DNA of 63,929 bases, the filler included, from Craspedostauros australis (Eukaryota): the NCBI GenBank assembly GCA_030167865.1. It is 21 parts of 21 records of this genome, joined end to end, with 100 filler letters (N's around TTAATTAATTAA, not from the genome) between each part and the next. Parts side by side here need not be neighbours in the genome. Positions count along the whole stretch, not along the records: positions 23,260 to 29,141 come from JALAGF010001325.1; positions 29,242 to 30,261 come from JALAGF010001326.1; positions 30,362 to 33,879 come from JALAGF010001327.1; positions 33,980 to 37,044 come from JALAGF010001328.1; 17 more parts are not named here. One strand, given 5' to 3'. Position 1 is the first letter of the stretch, and the number at the start of each line of letters is the position of its first letter. This document shows, one piece after another, positions 24,329-35,321 of the stretch. The position numbers and the translations under genes were made by a program. The notes beneath the pieces were generated by a model, which saw only the letters and a list, made by a program, of their open reading frames with translations, made no database searches and was not told where the DNA came from.

Positions 24329-25109
24329 CTCTCGTGCCTGGACCAACGACAATTGAAGAGCAATAGCGTAACCCTATCTACTATTTTCAGGATTTCAGGC
24401 GATTCATTTTTCTGTCTCAACGCAGTGTATTAAGTCCCGGTAAATTAGGTCACGATCTAGAAAAGTGAAAATCGGACAAAATATTGGGTGTTCCTGAGGT
24501 TACAGGAGGAGCGACTCACGAAGCTGTTAGAGAAAGGAGTTTGTGGTCTGTCCGTTTCGCTTCTCGTCGCCTTTCTTCCATCTTCGATGTTGTCTGGCAC
24601 GTTCCTAAAGCGCCGTAACATAAGTAGTCGTGTCACATGAGACGAACATGGACAGTGATACGGACACAAACTAATCCTGAAAAGACTCACAAATAGCCTC
24701 TTTAGACAGAAATCTACTCTACCAAAATCACCCCGTGAGTGACCCGCCGCCGACAATGACCAAAAGATACCTTTCTTGGTGGCTCCTTGTTGGCGATCTC
24801 TGCGTCCTTCACTTTCCTCCACCCGTTCGCTCTTGGTGCAACATGGTGGCGGAACCTCGTCGTATCTGTATCTCGTATTTCAGGAGCCCAAGCGGAGGCG
24901 GTGGGCTTCAGGTGAAGGAAACGGATCGGCGTGCGACAACGAGTTGACCCATCGTGAACTCACCGATTGAAGTGATTGGGAGTCTCACAGCATGTTGCTC
25001 GTCTCGCGTATGTACCAGAGCGCGCACTTGGATTCTACTCCTGTACGGCTGCTGCGCTTCTTGGAAGTTGCGCATCTATGAATATTGTTACGGCTTCGGT
25101 GCTGTCGGA

Positions 25110-28100
25110 TCAAGCAGAAGCATCCGTCAACACGGACATGTCGTCATCGCTATTCACGCCATCAGCGTCGTTGCCATCCTGATTTGCGGGGTGCCCTGGC
25201 TCGCCGGACACGTGCGACACTCCACTCTCTTTCTCGGCGGTGCCCCCATACACGGATTCCTGTGCTAGCGTGGAGACATGATTGCCAACGCTGGAACTGT
25301 TTTGCCATCTGGGCGCTGACCCGTCCAACAGCAGAGTAACAGCTGCATACCCAGCGTTGTTGTTGCTGTTGCTGTTGCTGCTGTTGGGCATGTCGATATC
25401 CACGATCCTCCTGCCGTCCTTCGCGTTCTTCGATTGGATAGTTGCTGCATTCCTGTTTACCAGATACTGCAACCGCCGTTCTTGGATGTCTTCAGCCTTG
25501 ATCGTGCAGCCCCATTCCGTGTAAAATTCCACGGCACGTGTCATGAACTTGCAAATCGATTCGTGAAGTGCGGCCTTCAAAGTCTGAGTGCCAGTGTTGG
25601 ACGTGTGGCGCGAAAGGCCATCGGCCGCTCGGATCAGGTACTCGGCCGCATTCTCGCAACCGATGGCGCAATAGTGGGTCAAGGAGGCCCGCTCGGCCAC
25701 GACGATGGCCACACCGTAGGCCTCTTCCGTGCGACGGATTATGTCGCGATTCGACTTGATATCCTTCAAAGACAGCCGCTCGGCCTTGAGCAACTGGAAG
25801 AGGCTTGTCGCGTTGCATCCCTTGGTGGCCACCAGGTTTCTGGCCGCTGCGACTTGCTTCTTCAGCTCTCTCTTGTACTTGGCCTTGCCCGTGATGCGGC
25901 ACAAGGCGGACGATGCAAGGCCTCGTCCAAGGATGACCGTGGTCTCAAAATAGTAGCTCTTGCTGTGGCCCGACAATCCGCCGTACAGCTTCGTCATTCG
26001 CTGTGCAAGTTCGTATCGTCGGAACAGAACTGCTAGCAGTGGAAGGCCGGAGTAGGTGACCACGAGGCGGTGGACTTCCTTTGGGTCTGCCGCGCTTTCT
26101 TCCATGTCGCGCTGCAGGTTGCCGTCGATATCTTCCCACTCAATCGATTCAGCTCCAGTCAATAGCTTGGAGACCGTCAACAGTGCGATGAACATGTCAT
26201 TGTTGAAAGTCACGTTGTACACTTTCGACTGTTCGATCGCGTTTTCGAGCGCCTTCACCAACGGCCCGAGCTTGTATCCGAAGTAGAACGCCTCGGCGTT
26301 GCGGATTTGCAGATTCAGCAACCCTATCTCAAAATCGCCAACCTCCATGGCAAGCGCGTGCCCTCTTTCCAACAGCTTGATGCATGTATCAAATGGTTCA
26401 GTGTAAGGATAAATCACGCCTCCTGTGATGGCACAAACGCCGCTGATTTGTTCCTGCCCACCGGCCCGAGACAACAGCCGGTGGCCGAGATTCGCACACC
26501 TCAGCACCAACGTGCGTTCTGCGTTGGTAAAGTCAAAGATGATGCCAAGCGTGGCAAAGGACGCGGCTGATTCTTCGCCGATGCCATGATTCATGGTCAT
26601 GCGGACCTGCCGCAACATATAAACGAGCCATTGCAACAAATCGCCCGTGAAGTATGACCGGACACCGATCTCCGCCACGAACTTCATCGCCATCGTTCTC
26701 TGATGACTCTGTTGCACTGGTAGATTTAGGATGTCCTCGTTGGTGTTGTTCTTCATGAATGATTTGATTTGGAAGAGGTCATTCGCAATACGAAGAAGAT
26801 AGAATCTCTTTGGACGTTCACCCAGTTTGCTTGCAATGGACAGGCTCAGCTTCAATGATTCCGTGGTTTTGTTTTCTCTTCCCAATGCCTTGGCCATGGC
26901 GAGGTTCGTTGGCAGCTTATCATCCAGCGTCCGAGCTCTGCTGATGAGCTCCTTCGCTACCTTGTATCCAAGCTCGGAGTTCCCCAGCGACAGCTCGACC
27001 TCGGATCGGCATCGGAAGAGCTCCAGACAAAGCTTGTAGTGCTCCTCCCAAGGATTGCGGACGCGCTGCAGTTCGCTGGTCGCTTTTTGCAGATATGTCG
27101 CAGCCGATGCCAATGCGCCCATCTGAAGCGCCTTCTTTCCAACCTCGATGTTGAAGGTAACCAGGAAGAGATGATCCTTGCTCTGTGTGCTGTTGAGGTG
27201 GTCGGCAGCAATGAAGAGCAAGCCATCGACGTCCCTGATCATATGGCCCGGATGACGGCTGAGGTCAATCTCAATGTCAACGTCAATGGCGATGGCAAGG
27301 TCAGCGCCCTGATGCTCGTCGTGAGTAGAATCGTTGGCGACCATTGTCGGAGCTCCTTGGGGCGCATCTTGGTGCTCAATCGGTGTCAAGAGTGAGTTTG
27401 ACTTCTGGTAGATGAGCAGAAGGCAGTGGCCTATTTGCGATCGGAGCTTGTCCCGCATCTCACCGAAAGGGATCAATCCATGAGCCGCTTGTTGGACGCG
27501 ATCATGAGCAAAATGATAGCGATCCTCGCCGATAGAGTTGGTCACAAGGCCTTCTAGGAGAGCTCTCTCGAGGACCAAGCGCAGTCGATTGCCGGTCCAC
27601 GGTGTTGGCTCTGTGGAGAGGTCTACCTCCGAAGTCTTCGTGGCTGTGCTATTATTGCTGTCGCCAAACGGCACGTCCAACCCACCATGATCGTCAAGAT
27701 ACCGAAGCACGGCTTGAAGCACGTTCAAATCAAATGTTGATCGGATGTATGCCGCAACCGACAGAGCATGCTGTAGATCACGCGGCAGATGCTTCAGTTG
27801 CAGCTCGATGATGGCGACGATGTTGTCGCCGATTGGAAGCTCGCCGTTGCCATCATGGAGAGATTCGCTTAGATCCCACTCCCATCGCTGCGAGATGCGA
27901 TTGTGGATGATGATGCCCCTCCTCTTGAGTTCCTCGATGGCCTGGAGCGTGAAGTACACGTTGCCGTGTGTTTTGTTGTGGATCTTGGATGCCAGCTGCT
28001 TGAGGCCATCATCATCGCGGGATCGACGAAGAAGATGGGACAACCAGTGGATGCAGTCCAGTAAAGACAGATCGACAATGGTGATCTGCTCAAGGTTTTT

Positions 28101-29141
28101 ACTGCTTCCATTGCTGCGAATTGCTGTGTTTGTGTGAAGCAACCGATCCAGGAATGATCTCTGCAAGGGTGCGTCCGGTGACATTTCCACTGCTTGGTGG
28201 TTATGAGGGTCGGTCTCCTGGCGGACGGCGCCCAGCAACATGAAATTGCGGAGATCGCTGTCCATGAGCAGTGATGCCAGAAGCTCCAAGCCAGCGGCAG
28301 ACGACCACTGCAAATCGTCAAGGAAGAGGTAGGCTGGCCGTTGCGGAGTGGAGATGGCCTTCACGAACTGGATGAAGATGTAACAGAGCCGGTTCCATGC
28401 GCCCTGCGAGTTGCCGCCTGTGGATGCGGTGTTGTTCGGGCTGGTGTTGGTGCCCAACGCATCGGACGTGAAAAGGGCGTCGGCACTGTCGCTAGCCGTT
28501 GATCCATTCTCCGTGATGGCACCAACCGCGGTGCGAGCATCGCGATTGCTGGCTGCAGTACGTTGCACGATTGCTGCGGGTGCAGAGGAAGAGCCTGTTG
28601 CGACACTTGCTGATGATCTGATAGCGTTGGGGAGGAGGATGGATAGTGAAGGCACAACGGCAACCAAAGTACGCAAGGCGGAATGACTATACTTTGCCAT
28701 ACCGTGATGCGCCTGGCCGATCGAGCAGTCATCAGTGAGGTCATTGTCGTTGGAGCCTGCGACGCCGTCGTCGGAACAGAACGTAGCTTGCACAGACTGT
28801 TGAATCCGTCGCAGCTCTTCGAAAGGTCCATTTCGGAGTTGCGTTGCGAACTCATCCAATGCTTGGATGATAGCGGAGAAGGGATCCTTGCCAGCTGCGT
28901 ATTCGTCGTATTTCCCGCGCAGCACATAGCAGCATGAGCATCGTTGAATCGCACGTTGTGATAGTTGTTGCTGGTGATGATCCTCTGGTCTTGACGTCGA
29001 TGCGAGTGCTGCTGTAGGCATCGACTGTTTGGATTGATGCCTGCCTCCGCAGAAGCAGCAGCAATGATCCAGAAAATGGCTGATCAGCTGTGACTTGCCG
29101 GTCCCGCTTGTTCCCCAAACCAACGCGGCTGGGAAGGTGGG
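25110..29141 (-). CDS. STAND-type P-loop ATPase with helical-repeat C-terminus (AAA_16/COG3899-like), paralog 2, 5'-partial
   Basis: 1337-aa open frame: Walker A GTSGTGKS, GKYD..PFSAI, Walker B YLFLDDLQW, KTHGNVYF, FAHDRVQQAA, long helical region, FY.EWG near the C-terminus. Confidence 0.92.
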   Translation of the reverse strand, partial: PTFPAALVWGTSGTGKSQLISHFLDHCCCFCGGRHQSKQSMPTAALASTSRPEDHHQQQLSQRAIQRCSCCYVLRGKYDEYAAGKDPFSAIIQALDEFATQLRNGPFEELRRIQQSVQATFCSDDGVAGSNDNDLTDDCSIGQAHHGMAKYSHSALRTLVAVVPSLSILLPNAIRSSASVATGSSSAPAAIVQRTAASNRDARTAVGAITENGSTASDSADALFTSDALGTNTSPNNTASTGGNSQGAWNRLCYIFIQFVKAISTPQRPAYLFLDDLQWSSAAGLELLASLLMDSDLRNFMLLGAVRQETDPHNHQAVEMSPDAPLQRSFLDRLLHTNTAIRSNGSSKNLEQITIVDLSLLDCIHWLSHLLRRSRDDDGLKQLASKIHNKTHGNVYFTLQAIEELKRRGIIIHNRISQRWEWDLSESLHDGNGELPIGDNIVAIIELQLKHLPRDLQHALSVAAYIRSTFDLNVLQAVLRYLDDHGGLDVPFGDSNNSTATKTSEVDLSTEPTPWTGNRLRLVLERALLEGLVTNSIGEDRYHFAHDRVQQAAHGLIPFGEMRDKLRSQIGHCLLLIYQKSNSLLTPIEHQDAPQGAPTMVANDSTHDEHQGADLAIAIDVDIEIDLSRHPGHMIRDVDGLLFIAADHLNSTQSKDHLFLVTFNIEVGKKALQMGALASAATYLQKATSELQRVRNPWEEHYKLCLELFRCRSEVELSLGNSELGYKVAKELISRARTLDDKLPTNLAMAKALGRENKTTESLKLSLSIASKLGERPKRFYLLRIANDLFQIKSFMKNNTNEDILNLPVQQSHQRTMAMKFVAEIGVRSYFTGDLLQWLVYMLRQVRMTMNHGIGEESAASFATLGIIFDFTNAERTLVLRCANLGHRLLSRAGGQEQISGVCAITGGVIYPYTEPFDTCIKLLERGHALAMEVGDFEIGLLNLQIRNAEAFYFGYKLGPLVKALENAIEQSKVYNVTFNNDMFIALLTVSKLLTGAESIEWEDIDGNLQRDMEESAADPKEVHRLVVTYSGLPLLAVLFRRYELAQRMTKLYGGLSGHSKSYYFETTVILGRGLASSALCRITGKAKYKRELKKQVAAARNLVATKGCNATSLFQLLKAERLSLKDIKSNRDIIRRTEEAYGVAIVVAERASLTHYCAIGCENAAEYLIRAADGLSRHTSNTGTQTLKAALHESICKFMTRAVEFYTEWGCTIKAEDIQERRLQYLVNRNAATIQSKNAKDGRRIVDIDMPNSSNSNSNNNAGYAAVTLLLDGSAPRWQNSSSVGNHVSTLAQESVYGGTAEKESGVSHVSGEPGHPANQDGNDADGVNSDDDMSVLTDASA

Positions 29142-29241
29142 NNNNNNNNNNNNNNNNNNNNNNNNNNNNNNNNNNNNNNNNNNNNTTAATTAATTAANNN
29201 NNNNNNNNNNNNNNNNNNNNNNNNNNNNNNNNNNNNNNNNN

Positions 29242-30261
29242 AGCTCACGAGCTCACCCAAGCCGCGCACATCACGATTTGCGACAGGCACCGACGCCTCA
29301 GGCGATCCCACACACATGTCGACTTTGACAAAGTATTCCAACATCTCCCACCACAAGTGGTGGCGAAGACCAAGGAAGCATCCACCCAGCTGGCCGACAC
29401 ACCCATCGAGGCCGAGTCAAGACTCATCCCAAGGCAGTATCGAGCACAGCAAGTAGATGCGTTGCAACCATACCGAATCAAGGGAAGGGTGGACACAGAT
29501 CCATTTTTCTCCACGGTCCCATCCATCCGACAATACCGATGCATCCAACTCTTCACACACAGCGAATCCAAGTTCATCTGGGCCAAGCCGCTCCGAAGGG
29601 AGGCGATGGCGCCAGGGGCGCTGACGGATTTCATTGTGCAGGTCGGGGCACCGGATCTACTCATCTCGGACAACTCACAGGTTCAGGCAGGGAAGGCATG
29701 GAAGGCTGTAACCACAAGGTACATGATCAAGCACTCCTTCACTGCTCCAATGAACCAGAACCAGAACCGCGCAGAGCGAGCCATCGGGAGCATCAAGGGA
29801 CACGCATACCAGATGCTCTGGGCCGCAACTGCACCGCTCACATTTTGGTGTCACGCAGTGCAGCACGCTATCGACGTATGGAACTACACGGCCAAAGAAA
29901 GCATTCAGTGGCGCACCCCAATCGAGATGTTGCGAGGCAACACACCGGACATCTCCATGTTCCGATTCACGTTCTTTCAGCCAATCTGGTATTTTGAGCC
30001 GATGACGAAGTTCCCACACCATCCATTCAAGCCTGGGCATTTCTTGGGGATTGCATGGGACCATGGGGACCCTTTCACCTATCACATTTGGTCGCCAAAA
30101 GGCAAAGACGTAACCAAGGGCACGGCCCTGGTGCGCAACATCGTAAAACCACGAATCGCGGACGACGCAAGTGCACCGCGCATTACCGACGAGGAAGTGC
30201 AACGAATCGCACGCCTCGATCTGATACACTATCAAACCAATGGCGAATCGGGACAGCGGGC
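29242..30261 (+). mobile_element. Ty1/copia (CoDi-like) integrase core fragment
   Basis: VDTDPFFS..GAPDLLISDN..P.NQNQNRAERAIG (D,D,E triad), then RTPIE..G.TPDISMFRFTFFQPIWY. Frame is open. Confidence 0.92.
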
Positions 30262-30361
30262 NNNNNNNNNNNNNNNNNNNNNNNNNNNNNNNNNNNNNNN
30301 NNNNNTTAATTAATTAANNNNNNNNNNNNNNNNNNNNNNNNNNNNNNNNNNNNNNNNNNNN

Positions 30362-30710
30362 GTCAGTGACTGGGTGGATCGGGATCTTATTCTTATCGAG
30401 GACGTCGCATCCGATCTCAACGCAGCGGATGCATGCACCAAACAGACGCCGTCGGTTCTCTTTTTCCGCCATACTGACTTGATAATGGGTCGCTTCCGCC
30501 CGTCTTTCGCTCAAGACCATGATGGGCGTCGCTCGGTCAGAGCAATTTTTCCCGCTGGAAATCTTCCAGCGTGGGGGGGTGTTGGCATACGTACGCAGGA
30601 CAGACGTCCGCAGCCTCCGCCTCTGAAGAGTGACAACGGAGACAGTCTCCTCCCATAAATCCATCATTAGCACACACACACACACACATCCTCCCGTACA
30701 GATACTGACA
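30362..30710. mobile_element. LTR family A, copy 1 (about 350 bp)
   Basis: Termini (T)GTCAGT...ACTGACA (TG..CA, short inverted ends). Appears identical to 33980-34328 with a different flank. Confidence 0.88.
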
Positions 30711-30893
30711 GATGTGACTTACTAGCGCCACACAGACGGCTGCGTGCACCTAATACTCCACGATTAGCCGTAACAGTACCAGATTGTGCGAGTACGAGTA
30801 TGACCAAGTTCGCGTCTCCAAACATCTCCCGCACACCATACACATGTGCACATAGTACTCTACTATCGTATTGTTAACATTCCAAAATCACAT

Positions 30894-33707
30894 CTATACC
30901 ACACCACGCATCAACACCTGCTTCATACCGTTGGGGAACATGATGACCTTGTCTCCATTCGGCAGATGTCGTTCCGTTTGCTGGTTGGAATACTCGTACA
31001 GGACAGATTGATCTGGCAATGTGATTTGCAGGACTTGATCGCCGGCGTGGAAGTAGGCGACGCTGCCGGAATGGGGAAGCTTGGTCTCGACGTCGCCATT
31101 CACAAACCGAGTCACTGTGGTGCCATCGTGATGGACTTCCTTCTGGACTCCATTGCTGTACCGGATCATGTACCCACGATCGCTTACCTCTTTGGTTCGT
31201 CGGCTCCTGCGTTCTGTTGTTTGCTCTGGGCCATTGGTGGCGGTTTGCTGATGTGTCAGTTGGGGCCCATCAGCAGCAACTGCACCTGTGGCCTGGAACA
31301 GCCTGCCTCCTTGCGATTGGTGCGGAGAGTCGATGAAATGGTTGGCTGCGCGCTTGTGCGCCATGACAGTGGTCGTTGGATCGTCAGCATGTCGGATGGG
31401 CTGATTCGCGGGAGTTTGAGCAACGTGACGCGGGATTTCATCGGAGGCCACGTTCCCGTAGCCCTGACTTGAGAAGCGATCTTGCGGGCTCTCAGATTTG
31501 AGTGACGATCCCAAAGTCCCGCCGCTGGTGCTGGTTGCGCTGACAACTAGCTGCTCCACCGAGCTCAGTTGATTACCGAGCTGCTGCATCTTGGATTGCT
31601 GATTAACAAGCAAGTCTTGGAGGGATGCTTCAGTGCTCTGGCGTTTCTGATGTTCATGCGTGACTTGCTTCTGAAGCTCAAGCACCGCTCCCTCCAGTGA
31701 CTGGATGAGATGGGTCTGCTGCTGCAAGTGCTGTTGCGAGAGAGCCTCCCTATCCAGCTGATCCTTTCGATGAAGTTCACTATCCTCCTGCTGCTTCTTT
31801 TGCTCCTGCTGCTGTTGCTGTTGATGCTTTTCGAAGTCAAGTAGATTGCGCTGTTCAGTTGCCCATTGGCCGACAGAAGTTTTCACAGATTCGGCCCATT
31901 CCCTGGCAGAGTCCCGTTCTCTCTGAGCATCATTCAAGGTTGCGACGGCCTTTTCCAACAGTTGCTTCACAATTCTCGAGTCTTTTCTATGTGCTGGCGT
32001 GCCGTTTGGTGCAGGTGTGCCTTGTGATTGTTCGATTTGGGCTGCCAAAGATGCAGCCGCCGGTGTGGATGTTGGTGGGAGCAGTTGGGCTGGTGAAGGA
32101 CTAGCCGCAAAGGACGTGGACTTTTGGGTCTTCTGAGACCTGTTCGTCCTGTTCGTGTTCGGCGGTGCCATTGGCTCGTATCTGTCTCGCGACATGTCAG
32201 CAAAGTGTTGCGGGCTCTCCCACGTTGGATAGTTGGCTTGCAATGCAGCTTCGTGCGAGCGTAGATCCTTCTGTTGGTGTTGCTGCTGTGGTTTTGGAAC
32301 TGGTGGCTGTGATGGCATGGTTCTGGACGCCATCGAGATGTACGAAGTGCCCAGCAGCGAGGAACTGCGGTCGGCGACGTTTCCACCACTCCCATCTGCA
32401 ACTGCGGTGTGATTGCTCCGAGAACCATCCACAGATCCTTGATACTCGGTCGACATATCAACAATCGGAGGATCAGGGCGATGAGCCGTGCTGGATTCAA
32501 AGGCAGCTGGATTGTCTTGTCCAATAACTGTGGAGTACTGCGCTCCCATCTTGACAGCTTGTGGATACGCCTGCTCCTGGGAAGAAGCTTGTTTGTAGGG
32601 CTGCTTATGATGCATTCCTTGCGACTGATTCAGTGATGACGCTCCCGCAACGTTGGAGATGGCATTCGTTCTATCCGACAACGCTGATCTCGATGGTGAT
32701 TGATGGAGCTCACGCGGAAACTTAACAGATGTCATGGGAGGCACGCGGTTCTTCGAGCTGATGTGACGACGGCCCCTGGAGGGCGTCATGAGTGCGTTTC
32801 GGTTGGACAATTGCGATGCATCCACAGTCATAGACCCAGCGCCAATGCCAACGCCATTTGTAACCTCGTCGTCTTCGTTCGCATCGGTTGATGCAAGCCG
32901 GCGAAGCTCCTGATGCAATCGTGGTGATGCGAAACCAAGGCCATCTATGTAGGACAGCAATTCGTGCACGTCCTGTGACTCCAGAACTGGCTTGTTTTGT
33001 TGCAATGCTGTGCCTGCTGTACCTTGTGTAGCTGTCGAAGTTCGCCGTGCTGACACAGATGCAGCTGGTTGCTTTTCCGCAACTTGTGGCGTCTTGAGAA
33101 CCGGCTTGCCGTCTGGGGAGAGCATGATCAATCGCTTCCAATCCGCCGACCAGGCAGATCCCCGCGAGTTGGCATCTGCTGGTGTGGGAGCGTCATCGAC
33201 TTGCGGTTGCGATTGCGGTTGCTTGGTCTTGCGATGAGTGACTGGCTGCGTATGTGGTTGCGGATGATGGTGATCGAACACGGGAGATAGATTTTCTGCC
33301 ATGCTTTTGCTAGTACTCGTATGTGGTGCTGTGTGATGGTTCAGAGGTCGCTGCACGTTTGGTTCCTCATGAAGCTGCTGGGTCGGAGGTGGTGGCCTTC
33401 GCACGCTCGTAGGCTCGATGATATGCTTCGATGAATCGACAGAGAGGGAGTAACTGAGCGGCGAGAAGAACTCGTTGGGGATGACGTTGGTTGCCGTCGC
33501 CGGCGGCGTTCTCCTTGGTGCGGGTGCGTATCGGTCATCATCTCTGCGACGAACTTCATTCATCATCATTTGCGTGCCTACATCTGCACCTGCGCTCGTA
33601 TTCGGATTCATGTTCGTGTTCATGTTCATGGTTGGAGTCATGGCCTGATGTCCCGAAACAGCAGCTTGATACTGCACCTGCTGCGGAGGTCCTCTGCTGA
33701 GAATCAT
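30894..33707 (-). CDS. TCP10/CENP-J (SAS-4/CPAP)-like protein: disordered N-terminus, coiled coil, Tcp10_C domain
   Basis: C-terminal beta-hairpin repeats YSNGVQKEV..FVNGDVET..YFHA..YEYSNQQTERHLPNGDKVIMFPNG after a Q/E-rich coiled coil. ATG at 33707 chosen; start uncertain. Confidence 0.82.
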   Translation of the reverse strand: MILSRGPPQQVQYQAAVSGHQAMTPTMNMNTNMNPNTSAGADVGTQMMMNEVRRRDDDRYAPAPRRTPPATATNVIPNEFFSPLSYSLSVDSSKHIIEPTSVRRPPPPTQQLHEEPNVQRPLNHHTAPHTSTSKSMAENLSPVFDHHHPQPHTQPVTHRKTKQPQSQPQVDDAPTPADANSRGSAWSADWKRLIMLSPDGKPVLKTPQVAEKQPAASVSARRTSTATQGTAGTALQQNKPVLESQDVHELLSYIDGLGFASPRLHQELRRLASTDANEDDEVTNGVGIGAGSMTVDASQLSNRNALMTPSRGRRHISSKNRVPPMTSVKFPRELHQSPSRSALSDRTNAISNVAGASSLNQSQGMHHKQPYKQASSQEQAYPQAVKMGAQYSTVIGQDNPAAFESSTAHRPDPPIVDMSTEYQGSVDGSRSNHTAVADGSGGNVADRSSSLLGTSYISMASRTMPSQPPVPKPQQQHQQKDLRSHEAALQANYPTWESPQHFADMSRDRYEPMAPPNTNRTNRSQKTQKSTSFAASPSPAQLLPPTSTPAAASLAAQIEQSQGTPAPNGTPAHRKDSRIVKQLLEKAVATLNDAQRERDSAREWAESVKTSVGQWATEQRNLLDFEKHQQQQQQEQKKQQEDSELHRKDQLDREALSQQHLQQQTHLIQSLEGAVLELQKQVTHEHQKRQSTEASLQDLLVNQQSKMQQLGNQLSSVEQLVVSATSTSGGTLGSSLKSESPQDRFSSQGYGNVASDEIPRHVAQTPANQPIRHADDPTTTVMAHKRAANHFIDSPHQSQGGRLFQATGAVAADGPQLTHQQTATNGPEQTTERRSRRTKEVSDRGYMIRYSNGVQKEVHHDGTTVTRFVNGDVETKLPHSGSVAYFHAGDQVLQITLPDQSVLYEYSNQQTERHLPNGDKVIMFPNGMKQVLMRGVV

Positions 33708-33979
33708 GGTCACTTTGATGCTCAGTTCAAATCTGTGAGCCTTGTGTGGGATAAAGATGATGAAGGTGAATGGCAGAGGTGCAGCAGGCACCAAAGACGA
33801 ACGATCCCTCCTCAATGTGTTGCGATCTCGCCAACGCGATGCAACCACGAACAGAGAGATGTGAAAGCGCCAGAGAGAGNNNNNNNNNNNNNNNNNNNNN
33901 NNNNNNNNNNNNNNNNNNNNNNNTTAATTAATTAANNNNNNNNNNNNNNNNNNNNNNNNNNNNNNNNNNNNNNNNNNNN

Positions 33980-34328
33980 GTCAGTGACTGGGTGGATCGG
34001 GATCTTATTCTTATCGAGGACGTCGCATCCGATCTCAACGCAGCGGATGCATGCACCAAACAGACGCCGTCGGTTCTCTTTTTCCGCCATACTGACTTGA
34101 TAATGGGTCGCTTCCGCCCGTCTTTCGCTCAAGACCATGATGGGCGTCGCTCGGTCAGAGCAATTTTTCCCGCTGGAAATCTTCCAGCGTGGGGGGGTGT
34201 TGGCATACGTACGCAGGACAGACGTCCGCAGCCTCCGCCTCTGAAGAGTGACAACGGAGACAGTCTCCTCCCATAAATCCATCATTAGCACACACACACA
34301 CACACATCCTCCCGTACAGATACTGACA
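33980..34328. mobile_element. LTR family A, copy 2
   Basis: Matches 30362-30710 and diverges immediately after ACTGACA. Confidence 0.88.
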
Positions 34329-35321
34329 AGGAGGACATCTCAAAGGGATGGAATGACGATGGCCAACGTGGAGAGAAATCCGACACATACGACTAAATCG
34401 ATGATTTCAATCGTGAACGTGATTGCGTGGCTCCAACAAGAAAGATGTGGAATCACCAAGATCATGTTCTCCCGATCCATCGAAATCGCGAGCGCCTCGG
34501 AGGAACGAAAGCCATGGTTGACGACCGCGATGATGGCCATACTGGTGATAATGATGATGGTGATGGCTGTGATGGGAATATCTGCCGCTGCGAGAATCGA
34601 AGACAGAACATCAAATGTGCAAAGAGATAGGAGGTGGAGGCATCGGCGCAGCGAAGCCCACGCACCATCGTGGAACATGGAGTCTGCGTGAAAAACCATG
34701 CTGACGAGTATCCGGTTGCGGCAAATCACGAAGCATGAGCATCAAGATCATCATCGGCGAGCACAGCGATGCACTTCACGATGAACGAATCCTCGTTCTG
34801 CGACGGAACCCATGCCTAATCGCAGTGCAGCGCATCAAGCGTGGTTGGCATCACGGCGCCGGACCACCATCGAGGCGAATGGTACCAATACCCATTGAGC
34901 GCGTCCATTCTGCAACCGCTGCAGTAGCGCTTCAATGTCACGCATTGGTCAAGAGCGCGCATGGTCCGGATACGTACGACCATGGCCCGCTGCATCGACG
35001 CTACACCATTCGAACGGATTGGAAAGTCATGATGTGGGGCACGCGACCAACAACTGCGATGCGAGACAGGGCGGGACTTGGCGACACGTGCGCAAGAATG
35101 ACTTGGTCACCGTCGCGGCATTGGAATGTGGGCAAGAGCACTCCGCGCCGCACTGGCTTGGTCGACTGCGGGATGCAGAGTTGCTACGACAGAGAGGTTC
35201 CTGGGGTTATTCCATCCCATCAAAGCGATCAGCAGGGTGGTGATACACAGAAGGGCATACCAACTTTCGCAGTTGCCGGGTCGCTTTCCATTCAACATGT
35301 ACAACTGGTCTACAACATAAC

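Noticed and set aside
30711..30715. GATGT following both LTR A copy 1 and family B copy 1 (37814) as a target-site preference
   Set aside because: The other four junctions (AGGAG, GCTAT, CAGGT, GGGTT) differ, so there are too few cases.
30362..34328. Two LTR A copies flanking the TCP-domain gene as one retroelement carrying cargo
   Set aside because: A linker at 33880-33979 separates them. The same applies to family B around 38245-39165.
34329..35321. Several 60-200-aa ORFs downstream of LTR A copy 2
   Set aside because: No consistent frame or recognisable motif.
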